The notes under the pieces: generated by a model
Told to the model about the DNA's origin: nothing
Database searches by the model: none
Seen by the model: the letters and a program-made list of their open reading frames with translations, nothing else
Made by a program: the position numbers and the translations under genes
Assembly: GCA_002269645.1 (NCBI GenBank)
Contig: NIVC01002016.1
Coordinates: 95,431 to 159,430 of the forward strand
From: Macrostomum lignano
Lineage: Eukaryota
Direction: 5' to 3'
Length of the DNA stretch: 64,000 nt
In this document: positions 26,030-39,588 of the stretch, piece after piece
How the letters are laid out: the number at the start of each line of letters is the position of its first letter
Numbering within the stretch: position 1 is the first letter of the stretch

Positions 26030-26479
26030 CAAAGATACTAGAATAACTCCGTGGGCCACTCAGCACATTTGCGTGCAAGCTACTTTCAGTTCAGTAATAA
26101 GTAAACTGAAGCATTTTAATGTATTTTTAAAGACAAGACTCAATTTATTGGCTCTTACCCCCCCCCCAAGCTTAAACCCTTAAACTCCACACAGAAGCTT
26201 TACCACTGCCCCGCCACCCAATTTTTATTAACTTCCTCGGTTGTTCCAGCCTAAATTTGCCGTGTACATTTCAGTTGCTACTGTAGATTATTGCTGAACC
26301 AATTAGCAGGTTGTTTACACCTTGCAAGCTTGGGCTTCTAAACTTATCAAAGTCATTTCAGCCGCCTTTTTCTTATAAAATAGATTATGTATTCCTTATT
26401 GCTACTGAACAGAAAGTAGAAAGCTGTTTTACTAAGTATATATGCCTGAGTGGCCTATCTAGTTATTTTAGTATCTGTG
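26030..26479. mobile_element. P-element family MITE (450 bp)
   Basis: 34-bp imperfect TIRs: CAAAGATACTAGAATAACTCCGTGGGCCACTCAG on the left and the reverse complement of CACAGATACTAAAATAACTAGATAGGCCACTCAG on the right (6 mismatches). The right TIR is nearly identical to the TIR of the 56860-60199 P element. Flanks share GTCAGT (decayed TSD). Confidence 0.8.
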
Positions 26480-26887
26480 GTCAGTGAGGATCTGTAGTCA
26501 GTCTGTGCTCTGTGGTCAGAGGGTAGTGAGCCAGTGAGGATCTGTGAGGGTGGCGGGCCAGTGTGAGGATCAGGGTAGTCGGTCACGATCCCATCCTGAC
26601 AACTAAAGAGGGTCTGAGGTAAAAAGACACACCAAAGATAGCTGAGCTGTTGAATGTCACTCAGAAAGCAATATAAGACAGCAATATGCTGAAAAGATCC
26701 AATGGTTGATTGTATTAGTGAATAAAAATGGCATAATGTACTCCATCTGAACAGCAGCAGCAATGCACTAACAAGGGCTTAGTAAACCAGAGTTGCTAAT
26801 AAATCGCTTTCAGAAAAGTTTAAAGTTTCAGTTGCGCTAAACCAAGCAAAAAATGAAGGAAATGCAAAATTATACCCTTGGGCACCT

Positions 26888-27169
26888 TTACTGATCTGGC
26901 ACCAAATCAAACCGATCAATAGTGCCAATAACAAGAGTGGCAAAGTCAAAAAATGAATTGATGGCCACTCGTAATTTTCTCACTTGCCCCGAGGTGAAAG
27001 TCACAACAACCAACGAGCCATCTGCTCTAATAGTCTTAGTAACGAAGCTTCTTGGAGGCTCAGGGTCAACAGATAGGCTGGTGCAAGCAATCTCGGCATG
27101 TCTGGTATCCTTGAACGGGATTCGCAGAACAGCCTGATGTACTTGGTCTGAGTCTCCAGTTGAATTCAT
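26888..27169 (-). CDS. LAGE3: KEOPS/EKC complex subunit Pcc1/LAGE3 (CTAG/Pcc1 family), intronless, 93 aa
   Basis: LRIPF...HAEIACTSLSVDPEP...V.K.I..DGSLVVVTF......LRVAINSFFDFATLVIGT..RF matches the Pcc1 family signature. ATG at 27169. Confidence 0.92.
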   Translation of the reverse strand: MNSTGDSDQVHQAVLRIPFKDTRHAEIACTSLSVDPEPPRSFVTKTIRADGSLVVVTFTSGQVRKLRVAINSFFDFATLVIGTIDRFDLVPDQ

Positions 27170-27769
27170 GATTGACACATGAAATTGTATAGTTATGTAT
27201 GTATTTTATATCATGCCATGTTGCTACTGCCTAAGCAAAATTATAAACATAATGGCTTTTCACTTTCAATGTGAGGGGAGCTCTTAAGTCCCTAGAAATT
27301 GGGGACTCAAGCAACAAGACAAATTACTGATGTAAATTGGGGTTGGAATAGGAATAGGGGAGGGCTAAAGTTAAGATAAATGTTTTCACTTTCAATACAA
27401 GCGAAGCTCTTAAGTCCCTAGGCTCAGGGACTCAAACAACATTTTTGCACCACATGCATGTTTTGGTTGGAATGGTGGGGGCTTAAGTTAAGATGGTGAA
27501 TGAAGGAGAGATATGTGAGGAGGAGGCAGAAAGGGGAAAGAAGAGCAGGAAGAGGGGAGAGAGAAGGGAAAAGAGAGAAAGGGGGCAGAGAAGAGATAGA
27601 AAGAAAGAGGGAAGAGGAGAAGAGAGGAGAGGAGAGAACAGTCATAAAGACAAGTTGAGTTGATATGCATTGAGTGCCACAGATATATTCTGTCTGCAGA
27701 ACACTTATTCATGGCTACATTCCTGCAGCTATAACAGCTAATAGTGAGGTCCCAATGCCTGATGCTAAT

Positions 27770-28067
27770 CATACATGCGCAACAGTCGGCCGAGTCGGCC
27801 GATCCGGCCGACCGATTTGGCGGCCAATCAAGGAAGTCGCAAAAATGCCCACCCAAAAAATAACCTGAAGAGTAGTACTAAGTAGCTGACGAGGCATTTT
27901 AGCTTAATAAAACAGTCATAGTTACTCCTGCCGTTTACCCAAAGTTGCGTTAATTTTGCTTTCGGTTTTTTTTATATGTAAGTCGCATTTTTGGCCAAAA
28001 ACTACGTCGCATTTTTGTTAAAACTAAGTCGCACGGCTGACCGAATTTTGGAGGTTGCACATGTATG
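27770..28067. mobile_element. hAT-type MITE (298 bp)
   Basis: 14-bp TIRs CATACATG(C/T)GCAAC; exact 8-bp TSD ATGCTAAT (27762-27769 and 28068-28075); repeated subterminal (AA)GTCGCA motifs. Confidence 0.9.
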
Positions 28068-29277
28068 ATGCTAATGGCACACTGCAACCACAGCAAGAAA
28101 GTTACAGAAAGTTTATTAGCTAAAGATATGGATATAGATACATATAGGCTATTATAAAATTTTGGTTATGGTAGAACTATTTTCAACTATATTTAATACT
28201 AAGAGGATATTTTAAATAATGCATGTGGGAAAAGCCTGTGGAAATTGGCTAGAATTGTGAGTCTAGGATTGGTGTACTACCTGACAATGTGAAAATTTTG
28301 ACAAGGTTGCATAAAGGGACAAACTTATTATATAGTTTAACAATGACAATAAAAGGGTTAAACAATGATAGTAAGTGTTAAAAAATAACAGGCATCTTAA
28401 TAAAAATATTATGACAATGCACTTGAGTAGTATTATGTTGCATTGTTAAAAATGGCCATAAGACACTCATGCACTATACTAATATACTAGACAATCTACC
28501 ATTGTTATAAACTCACTTTGATGCCTTATCACTTTGATAAGTGTTTAACACTTTTGCCATTGCCATAGACAACAAATTGACATCGGCAAATTAGAACAAA
28601 TGCACTTATATAAAAATTAATAACATTGAGGAAATAATCTTTTTTGGTTAATAATAGTAGCATTACTATGATGAGTAATCATAGGAAAATACAATAAATT
28701 TGCCCTTAGTCAGTTACTAATAAAATCAGTTACTAATGCCAATAGATCCAAATTGCTACTTGTTGAAAGTAAACATGCTGTATGCTATGGATAAGTAAGC
28801 AATTCTAATTAACATGTCTGAAGTAGTAAAGACATAGACATAACACCATGTCTATAATGTTGGAGCTTATAGGTATATCTACCATGTCTATAATGTTAAG
28901 CTTAGTACATATTGCTTTAAGTTTAAATTTTGGCTAAAAGGGACTACCAAAGTTTTTGCATTATACTCATACATAGATATATTACAATTGCCATGTCTCT
29001 ATTTTGTGGTGTTGGCCTATGAACAAATATAAATCTAACAAATTATGAACTTGCAATTCCAACACATGTATTGACTATTGCCTTGGCCCATTTTGACTGT
29101 CACCTTTGCCTTTTTATTTGTTGCCCTTTTAATCTAGGCTGTAGCCAGCAATGATTGCCCATTCTGCAATTAGGCTTAGGTGATAAAGCCTACTTAGATT
29201 CACAAAGTAAAAATTCATAAATGAGAAATAACATTTTAAACTATTGTATATTAAGTGATAATATGGGCCTGCCTGGC

Positions 29278-29874
29278 GGTAATCTTTCCTTACCCGACCG
29301 TAAATTATTTTTGGCTTCCTGTTTCAGTTTCTTTTAATTTTTTTGGCTGAAGTTGTGTATATATGTGGGGCGCACATTTTAAGAAAAGAAAAAAATGTTT
29401 TTAATTTTAGATTTTTTAATTTTTTAATAATTTTTCTCAAAAAATTTCTACTGCCTCTAATTCAACAGCATGTGCTACCCGGCACACGCATCCTGACTGA
29501 CCAGTGGGCTGCGTACAACCAGCTGCCGAACCATGCCACTGTCAACCACTCCCTCAACTTCGTCAACCCTGGGGACCCAACTGTGCACACCCAGAACAAT
29601 GGAACATCGAGGGAATGTGGGGTCATGTCAAGGCCAAGCTAAGACGGATGCGTGGCACGTCGGGCGCACTCTTTGACACTTATCTCCAGGAGTTTATCTG
29701 GAGGTGCCATTGGAGAGGAGAGCATCATTTTGAAAATTTCATTTACTGGGTCCGGCACTACTACCCATGCTGACTTTTAGCTTTTACCATAAGCCCATAA
29801 AAATATTTACATTTTAAATATAAAAAATTCGAAAAAACAGAAAATAATTTACGGTCGGGTAAGGAAAGATTACC
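29278..29874 (+). mobile_element. Merlin (IS1016/IS1595-like) DNA transposon, internally deleted (597 bp)
   Basis: Perfect 34-bp TIRs GGTAATCTTTCCTTACCCGACCGTAAATTATTTT; exact 9-bp TSD CTGCCTGGC. Transposase C-terminal half LLPLIQQHVLPGTRILTDQWAAY...VNHSLNFV...HTQN/IEGMWGHVK...YLQEFIWR, with an 8-bp frameshifting insertion near 29597. Confidence 0.95.
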
Positions 29875-30370
29875 CTGCCTGGCTGATATTTTGAGGTCTA
29901 CTTTTTAAATTCTGTATGATATACAAGTCATTGATAGCCATACCATATTATAAAGCCTAACACCATCAGGCACATAGCCAGAATTCACATCAGGGAGGGA
30001 CAAATGACCTCAAACTATCTCCACTGTTAGCGATAGAAGCAAAATACAAAGGCAATAAAAAAATTTCCTCTAAGGGGGACATATCCCCAGTGTCCATAGT
30101 CAGGAAGGTGGCATATATGCTAGAATTTTCTGGTATGCATATGGTATGCCAGATTTTTTTGGCATGCTCAAAGCAATGATAAAAAATATGGCGCAATTGG
30201 CATGCTCAAGGCAATGCTAAAAATATAGCACAAATGGCATGCTCAAGCTCAAGGCAATGGTAAAATATGGCATGAATGATTAGCATGCATTAAAACTTTG
30301 AATTTTGGAGTTTAATATTGTGCTTGTGGTTGTCAATGTCATTGTGGACATGGTTATACTTATAATCTAA

Positions 30371-31046
30371 CAAGCTGTTAAAACCCGCGGATTTTGAACC
30401 CGGGGAATTCCAATCCCCGGAACTATTTTTGCATATTGAGATTAAACTCAAACAAAAACATTTATTAGTTGGGATAGAGTTAAACATAAAATAGAGTACA
30501 TTCGTGTAAAATTAGGATTTGAGGCAAACATTGATATTGTTGGCTGGGGTGCTGCGCAGAATGTCAGGAAAACTCTGGCCTCTACCTCTGCCTCTCCCTA
30601 TTTCCATTGCATCCTTTGAAACTTCTATCTTCTCTTCTGTTTTCTCACTTCTCTCTTGTCTCTTGTCTCTTCTCTCTCCTCCCATCTCTTCTTTCTTTTC
30701 TCCTCTGTCCCCTCTTCTTTTGTCTCTTCCCTCTATTCGTTTCTCTCTCCTTTCCTCTCTTCTCTCTCGTCTCTGCTCTCTCATCTCTCATCTCTCCTCT
30801 TTTATCTCTTCTCATTTCTCTCTGCTCTCTCCTCTCTCTTCTCTCTCTACTCTCTACTCTCTCTTCCCTCTCCTCTCCTCTCTTCTCACTCATTACATTA
30901 CCCTCTCTCAACACTTCCCTCATCTCTCCTCTCTCCTTTCTCTTCTCTTCTCTCCACTCTCTCCTCTCCTCTCTTCTATCGTCTCTTTCCTCACCTCTCT
31001 TCTCTCTTATCTTTGCTCTCTTATCTTTTCTCTCTTATCTCTTCTC

Positions 31047-31094
<48 letters not shown>

Positions 31095-33422
31095 TCTCTG
31101 CTCTCTCCTGTCTCATCTCTCTTCTCCTCTCTAATCTCTCCCCTCTTTCCTTTCATCTCTTGTCCTTCCCCTCTTTCCCCTGTCTTCTCGATTCTCTCCC
31201 TCCCCTCCTCTCTCTCTTCACTCACTTCTCTCTCCTTTTGTATCACCTCTCATCTCTCATCTCTTATTTCTTATCTCTCCTCTTTCCTCTGTCATCTGTC
31301 ATCTTTACTCTCTTATACTCGTATGCTCTCTCACCTCTCTTCTTTGTACTCTTCTCTTTCCCCTCTTTTGACTCCTCTCTTTCCTTTCTCCTTTCTCCTT
31401 TTTCCTCTTCTCTTCTCTTCTCTTCTCTCCCCTCTTCTATACTCTCTCCCTCTCTTGTCTTCTCTCTTTTCTCTCACTCTCCTCTCTCGTCTCTTATATC
31501 GTCTGTTCACTCTCATCGTTGCTCTCTCATTCCCCTCTCTCTTCTGTCATCTCTACTCTCCTCTCTACTGTGCACTCTTCTCTTTCCCCTCTTCTGACTC
31601 CTCTCTTTCCTTACTCCTCTCTTCTCTTCCCTCTTCTATACTCTCTCCCCTCTATTCTCTTTTCTCGTCTCTCCGCACTCTGCTCTCTCTTCCTTCATCT
31701 CTCATCTCTACTCTACTCTCTCATATTTCCTTTCATCTTACTCATCTCTACAATCTCATATCTTTCCTCTCTCCTCCTCTTCCCTTTACTCTATCATCTC
31801 TCCTTTGTCCTCTCTTCTTTCTCAACTCTCTCTCATCTCTATCTTCTCTCTTCTCACTCGTCTCTCCCCCTCTTATCTCCTCTCCTCTATCCTTTCTAAT
31901 CCCCCCTCTCGATACTCTCATCTCCTCTTTGTTCTCTCATCTCACTCTTCTCTACTCTCCTCTCTCATCGATCCTCTGTCTCATCTCTCCCCTCTTCTCT
32001 CTCCATCTTCTCACCTCTACTATTTCCTCTTCCTTCTCTCTCCCCTCCTCTTGCTTCTTTGTCCCATATTCTCTGCTCTCTCCTCAACCTCCTCGTACGT
32101 CTCTCCTGTTTTCTTCTATCTTTTCTTTTATCCCCTCTCGCCCCTCCTCCCTTTCTAATAGTCTATTTCTTTTCACTCTCATCTGGCCCGTAGCCATGAG
32201 CTGGATTCTTTATCTGGCCTTTGAGATAAAAATCTGCCGATCCCTGCTTCGAAAGCCAGTTTGTGGGACGTAGTACTATCATGGTTGTTATCATTTCCCA
32301 TGCTTTAATCACGTCATCTTTCTGGTCAATTAGCAGCCCTGAGAGAAATTTGTATATCTCCAGCTCCACCACGTCCACCACAGTCTGCAGCAGTCTAACA
32401 ACCATGGAAATACGCATTTCTTAGGAGGCCATTTAAATTTTAAAGTACCTTATGCGAATCTTAATGTTAAAATTTTTATGGTGTAACTTATTTAGTAGGA
32501 TTGCATTGTAATAAGTTATTCATTAATTTTTCGATATTTTTATAAACCATCCCACATCGCCTTGATTTGCCATCCTTGTTTAACTGCTGCAGACTTGTCC
32601 ATTCAGAGGAAAGGAAAGTGGTTTAAAATTGAATCTCTCGCTAAACTGTCTCTCCTCTCCACGCCTCTCCACTCGCGGGGGTACAGAGAAGGCTATTAAA
32701 AAGTTATTCCAAAACACTGTACATTCGCTATGTACATTCAGTCCTATCGCCTGACCCTTCGTCTGAGCTGGGGGAATGAGTGAGTGAGCGGCACAAACAA
32801 CAGAAAAAGCAGACAAACTTCACATGCTTACAGTTTCTGTCCTGATTGAGATACAGAGTTGAGACTTTACATGTAGGCAGAGAATGAGTCAATAAAGAAT
32901 TGTGTCAAATTTGAAGTCAATCGCTTTATTTGGAGCAAACTTATGGCAGCTGAAAGTTAGTCAATTTTGAAACCCTTTTACACATCTGGGCCCAGATCGG
33001 GATCGAGAGAGGCAGGCGGGCGGAGGTTGGGGTGGTTGCTACGCTGAAAAAAGCAGCCTAACTTTAAAAGTGCACAGCGCCGTTCAGGATTAACTTTGAA
33101 ACTCGAAATTTTACATGATTGTTCCAAAATAGTTGAAGATTATCTGTGTCAAATTTGAAGAGAATCGGTAAAAGTGGAACGGCGCTATGGAGGATTTAGT
33201 GAAAAAATCGCGCATTTTGAGCAGTTTTTTGTACTTTTAGGTAGGAAGACTCAAATTTAGGAAATTAAAGGTAGCCTAAGACATTCTCCGTAGTGAGTTT
33301 AGGGTGGGTGTAAAATTTGGTGTCATTTGGTTGAGCGGTTTGGGAGTCCATAGCGATCAAAATTGTCCACACACAGACAGACACACACACACACACACAG
33401 AGTTTTGATTTTTATATGTAGA
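30371..33422 (-). mobile_element. Non-autonomous Helitron (Lep1-like), copy 1 of a head-to-tail pair; CT-rich low-complexity interior
   Basis: Minus-strand 5' TC plus a (TG/TGTC) tract; 3' hairpin CCGGGGA-N7-TCCCCGG followed by ...CAGCTTG and a T flank. It shares both ends with the adjacent copy. Confidence 0.8.
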
Positions 33423-34392
33423 CAAGCTGTTGAAACCCGCGGATTTTGAACCCGGGGAATTCCAATCCCCGGAACTACTTTTGCATGTATTCTGAAATCT
33501 AAGGTCATACACAAACAAAAACTTGTTAATAGTTAGTAGAATAGAGGTAGACATAAAATGGACACATTCGTGTAAAATTAGGATTTGAAGCAAACATTGA
33601 TATTGTTGGCTGGGTTACTTCACAGAATGTCAGGCAATGTCTGTCTGACTCTAAAACATGTATTGGCAAACTCTGGCCTCTCCCTGACTCTCCCTATGTC
33701 CCTTGGATCCTTTAAAATTTCTATCGTCTCTTCTGTTTCCTCTCTTCTCTCTCGTCCCTCGTCTCTCCTCTCTCTTCTCTCCTCTCTTCTCTCATATCTT
33801 CCCTCATCTCTCTTCTCTTTCATCTCTCTTATCTCTTGTCTCTTCTCTCTTCTCTCCTCTCTCCTGTCTCCTCTCTACTTTTCGTTTTCTCTCTCCTCTC
33901 CTCTCTCCTCTCTACTCTTTCGTTTTCTCTCTCCTCTCCTCTCTCCTATCTTCTTTCGTATCTTCCCTCATCTCTCTTCTCTTTCATATCTCTTATCTTA
34001 TCTCATCTCTTCCCTTTTCTTTTCTCTCTCCTCTCCTCTCTCCTCTCTACTTTTTCGTTTTCTCTCTTCTTCTCTCTCCTCTCTCCCCCTCTTCTCTCGT
34101 CTCTTCCTTCTCCTCTCTATTCTTTTCTCTCTTCTCTTAACTCTCTCCTCTCTCCTCTCTCCTCTTTCCTCTCTCTCTCCTCTCTCCCCTCTTCTCTCGT
34201 CTCTTCTTTCACCTCTTTCCTCTCTCTCTTTCCTCTCATCTCTTTTCTTGTTTTATCTCTTCTCTCTCCCCTCGTCACTCGTCTCTTCCCTCACCTCTCT
34301 TCTCTCTTGTCTGCGTTTTTATCTCTCCTTTCTCTTCTTTTATCTTTTCTCTCTTATCTCTTCTCATTTCTCTCTGCTCTGCGCTCTCTCTC

Positions 34393-34467
<75 letters not shown>

Positions 34468-36483
34468 TCTCCTCTCCCATCCCTCTTCTACTCTCTACTC
34501 TCTCCCCTCTTCATTCTCCTATTTCCTCTTCTCTCTCCCTGTCTCTCCTCTCTCCTCTAGTCTCTGTAATCTCTTCTCTCTTATCTCTCCTCTGTTCTCT
34601 CTACTCTCCCATCTCTCGTCTGTTCACCCTCATCTCTGCTCTCTCATCTGTCATCTTTACTCTCTAATACGTTCTCTCACTTATCTCCTCTGTACTCTTC
34701 TCTTTCACCTCTTCTGACTCCTCTCTTTCCTTACTCCTCTCTTCTATACTCTCTCTCCTCTAATATCTTCTCTCATCTCTCTGCACTCTCCTCTCACCTT
34801 TTTCATCTCTTATCTTTACTCTCTCATCTCTCCTTTCATTTGTCTCATCTCTACCTACAATCTCATCTCTCCTTTCTCCCCTCTTCTTACATCCCTCTCT
34901 TATCTCTATTATCTCTATCTCTTCTCTTCTCACTCTTCTCTCCCCCTCTTATCTTCTCTCTTCTCTATCCTTTCTACTCTCTCCTCTCCTCTTGACCCTC
35001 TGTCATCTTCTTTCTGCTCTCTCATCTCTACTCTTTTCTCACTCTTCTCTACTCTCCTCTCATCGATCCTCTGTCTCATCTCTCCCCTCTTCTCACCTTT
35101 ACTCTTTCCTCTCCCTCCTTTCTCCCCTCCTCTCGCTTCTTCCTCCCTTCTTCTCTGCTCTCTCCTCACCACTTGTCTCTTCTCTTATCTTCCATGTTTT
35201 CTCTTATCCCCGTCCCGCCTCTCCTCTCTTCTAATAGTCTATTCCTTCTCCTTTCCACTCTCATCTGGCCCGCACATAAGCTGGATTCTTTATCTGGCTT
35301 TTGAAGTAAAAGTCTGCCGATCACTGCTTCGAAAGCCAGTTTGTGGGACGTACTACTCTCATCGTTATTCTCATGCTTTGATCACGTCATCTTTCTTGCC
35401 AATTTGCAGCCCTGAAAGGAATTTGTGTATCTTCAGCTCCACTGCAGTCTGCATCAGTCTAACAACCAAGGAAATACGCATTTCTTAGGCCATTTAAATT
35501 TCAAAGTACTTTTAAGAGAAACTTAAAATTTCCATGGTGTGCCTAATTTAGTAGGGTTGTATTTCATTGCATCGCATCACCTTTTCATAAATATTTCGCT
35601 TTTACAAACCATGCTGGATTGCCTCGATTTGCCAATTGCCATCCACTGTTAAACTGCTGCAGAGTTTGCCAATACAGAGGGGAGGGCAGTGGTTAGAATT
35701 TCTCACTAAACTGTTATGGCTAAACGTAGCCTCTCCACTCTCGGGGTGCAGAGAAGGCTATAAATAAAGTTATTCCAAAACACTGTACATTTGCTATGTA
35801 CATTCAGTCCTATCGCCTGACCCTTCGTCTGGCTCTGGGGAATGAGTGAGTGAGTAGCACAAACAACAGAAAAAGGAGACAAACTTCACATGCTTACAGT
35901 TTCTTTTTCGGTTGAGTTACAGAGTTGAAACTTTACATTTAGACAGAGAATGGGTCAATGAAGAATTGTGTCAAGTTTGAAGTTAATCGCTTTACGTGGA
36001 GCAAACTTATGGCAGCCGAAAGTTAGTCCATTTTGAAACCCTTTTACACATCTGGGCCGCCCAGATCGGGAAAGAGAGGCAGGCGGGCGGAGGTGGCTGT
36101 CTCGCTGACAAAAAACAGCCCAACTTTAAAAGTGCACAGCGCCGTTCAGGATTAACTTTGAGACTCGAAATTTTACACGATTGTGTCAAAATAGTTGAAA
36201 ATTGATTGTGTCAAATTTGAAGAGGATCGGTAGAAGTGGAGCGGCGCTAAGGAGGCTTTAGTAAAAAAATCGCGCATTTTGAGCAGTTTTTTGCACTTTT
36301 AGGTAGGAAGACTCAAATTTAGGAAAATTAAAGGTAGCCTAAGACATTCTCCGTAGTGAGTTTAGGGTGGGTGTAAAATTTGGTGTCATTTGGTTGAGCG
36401 GTTTGGGAGTCCATAGCGATCAAAATTGTCCACACACAGACAGACACACACACACACAGAGTTTTGATTTTTATATGTAGAGA
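33423..36483 (-). mobile_element. Non-autonomous Helitron (Lep1-like), copy 2
   Basis: Same termini as copy 1; junction ...CAGCTTG|TCTACATAT. The dimer sits between an A (36484) and a T (30370), with no TSD. Confidence 0.8.
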
Positions 36484-36484
36484 T

Positions 36485-36622
36485 AAAGCCTGCTCCGGAA
36501 AATTTGCAGTTTTCCCATATAAGTTTCGACGCTGACTTGGCAGTATTGTAGGAGTTCACTTGCTACATACAGACAGACAGACAGACAGACAAACATCGCG
36601 TCGGTTTTAGTATTAGGGGAGA
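36485..36622 (-). mobile_element. 5' fragment of a second Helitron-like family
   Basis: Minus strand A|TCTCCCCTAATACTAAAA followed by (TGTC)n, abutting the dimer. Confidence 0.45.
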
Positions 36623-37496
36623 TCTAGTAAAAAGCTTAGTTAAAACTTATTTTTTGTAAAACATACTGAATGATTTTTGAAACTTTCTTTTTTAGAATAC
36701 ATTAACATAATAACATTAGCACAAAGATGAAGAGTGGCGATCAAGCTGATCATCTTGCAGTTGCAGTTGCAGCTTTACATTGCGGCACAGCATTCTACTT
36801 TGCGTTCTACTTTTCATTCTACTTTGCATTCTACTTTGCTGCGGCACAGCATTGCGACTTTCAAGTTAGCAATTTGCTTTACCCTTTAGACTTGTACGAT
36901 CTTACGTAATTCATGTACATAAAGTACCTTCTTATTGATTTTTTTCTTATTTAATTTATCCAGAATGAATTATTCTTAGCTAGAAGATTCCCAAAAATAT
37001 TACATGGGTTTTTTATGCTTGTATTCATTTAATTTTGTTATTACTTTCACGATAAAAACCAAGTTGATCAAAAAATCTAGTCTGCTCCGCATTTCAACAA
37101 AAAGCGAGCAGCATTTTCCGTCTTCATTCTCTACAGATTTTTATAAACGTTACTCGAATTTTATCTACGGGTAAGTAATTAATAGGGTTTTGTTCCAATT
37201 TTATTTCATTCTGGCCTTATTTTACATGTATATTAATCGTAACATGCATATTATACATGTAATTTAGTATAATACTGTAATACTGATTAATCTGTGAGGC
37301 GCAGCCACTCACCCAAGACGTATCGACGTAGTACATCGCTGCCTCCTAAAAAATTCAGGCAATGATTTAAAGGATCAATAGTAGATAGCATATTATATTT
37401 GCATATATATATATATATATATGAGCCCCGGCCTTGACCTTGACAATAGGTTCGGTTGAAATAAAACTCCTCGAATTCCATCAGCTGACACTGGAA

Positions 37497-38481
<985 letters not shown>

Positions 38482-39588
38482 AGGACTGCAAAGATTTTTT
38501 ATCGAAATGAGACTGAAGCTATTATTTCGTAAAAAGTTTTCACGCGCAAAAAGCATTACTCTAATACAATGAATTAATTAAGTAGCTGGCCCAAGGTTCG
38601 GCGAGGTTTACTAAGCTAATTTTTAATGAAATTTTACCCGAAACCCACAAGCCAGCAAACTTCCAGCTGTTCCCATCTCTTTGGTGCATCTGCGTCCATA
38701 CAACTTTCTGTGCCAATTTGTCTCTGGTGAAACTCCATTCGCCGCTATCAAAAAATCTTTGCGTAATCCGTTTAGAAACCACAGCTGTATTGCCATGATG
38801 TTTTCAATTTTCGATACATATCGTCAAAGGTGCACATCGTTTTATCAGCAAGAATCAATACATAAAGTTAGGCAATAGCAGTCGCACATGTATAATGTAA
38901 TGTTTATATCAGTTAAAAATTAAACATATTTTCGAAACATATCGGCATATTGATAGCAAATATATAAATGGAAAAGCAGACGCATAATTGTAGGCAAATT
39001 GGGTGGTGCATCGACATATTCTAGTGATGAGGACGCACTTTTTTTCCAAATCCCGCGCTAGCACATGGGTTCTAAACTTACTAGCCTACTAACAGTGGGC
39101 AATGGGCATTTTTATCCTTTTTCTGCTAATTGTCATAGAATCTATACTAGATATAATGTTTGGTCATACTAGTAGTCATAATAACATAGGCGCAGCTTTT
39201 TGGGTCATAAATCATCGCTTTCGAAGCTGGTCTGACAGCCACCTGCGCCTCACTCAGTGTTGAGGCGGGCGCCAGATGGTCTGAGAGGATGCGGGTGGTA
39301 GCTTTTTTCTCATCATTTTGACAGGCCATCAAGATTTATGAGGTCAGAGCCTATTGTTCGTGTTCACTCAAGCGTGTGACAGCTTTGACAGCTATGCGTT
39401 TTACCCCTAAAAGTACCTTGGGATTAGCGATTAGTGATTTCTCTTCATTATCTTCACTTTCTATTTAATAAGAGCTTTCTAATGTATATTTTTTCATTAA
39501 TTTCTGTCAATCATACGCGAAAAGTCATAAATCATTTTGTTGCGATTTTGAGTGATTTATGGCCGCACCTGTCATCTTTTTACGACCC

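Noticed and set aside
30519-35234. 584, 360 and 313 aa Leu/Ser-rich ORFs
   Set aside because: By-products of CT-rich low-complexity DNA inside the Helitrons.
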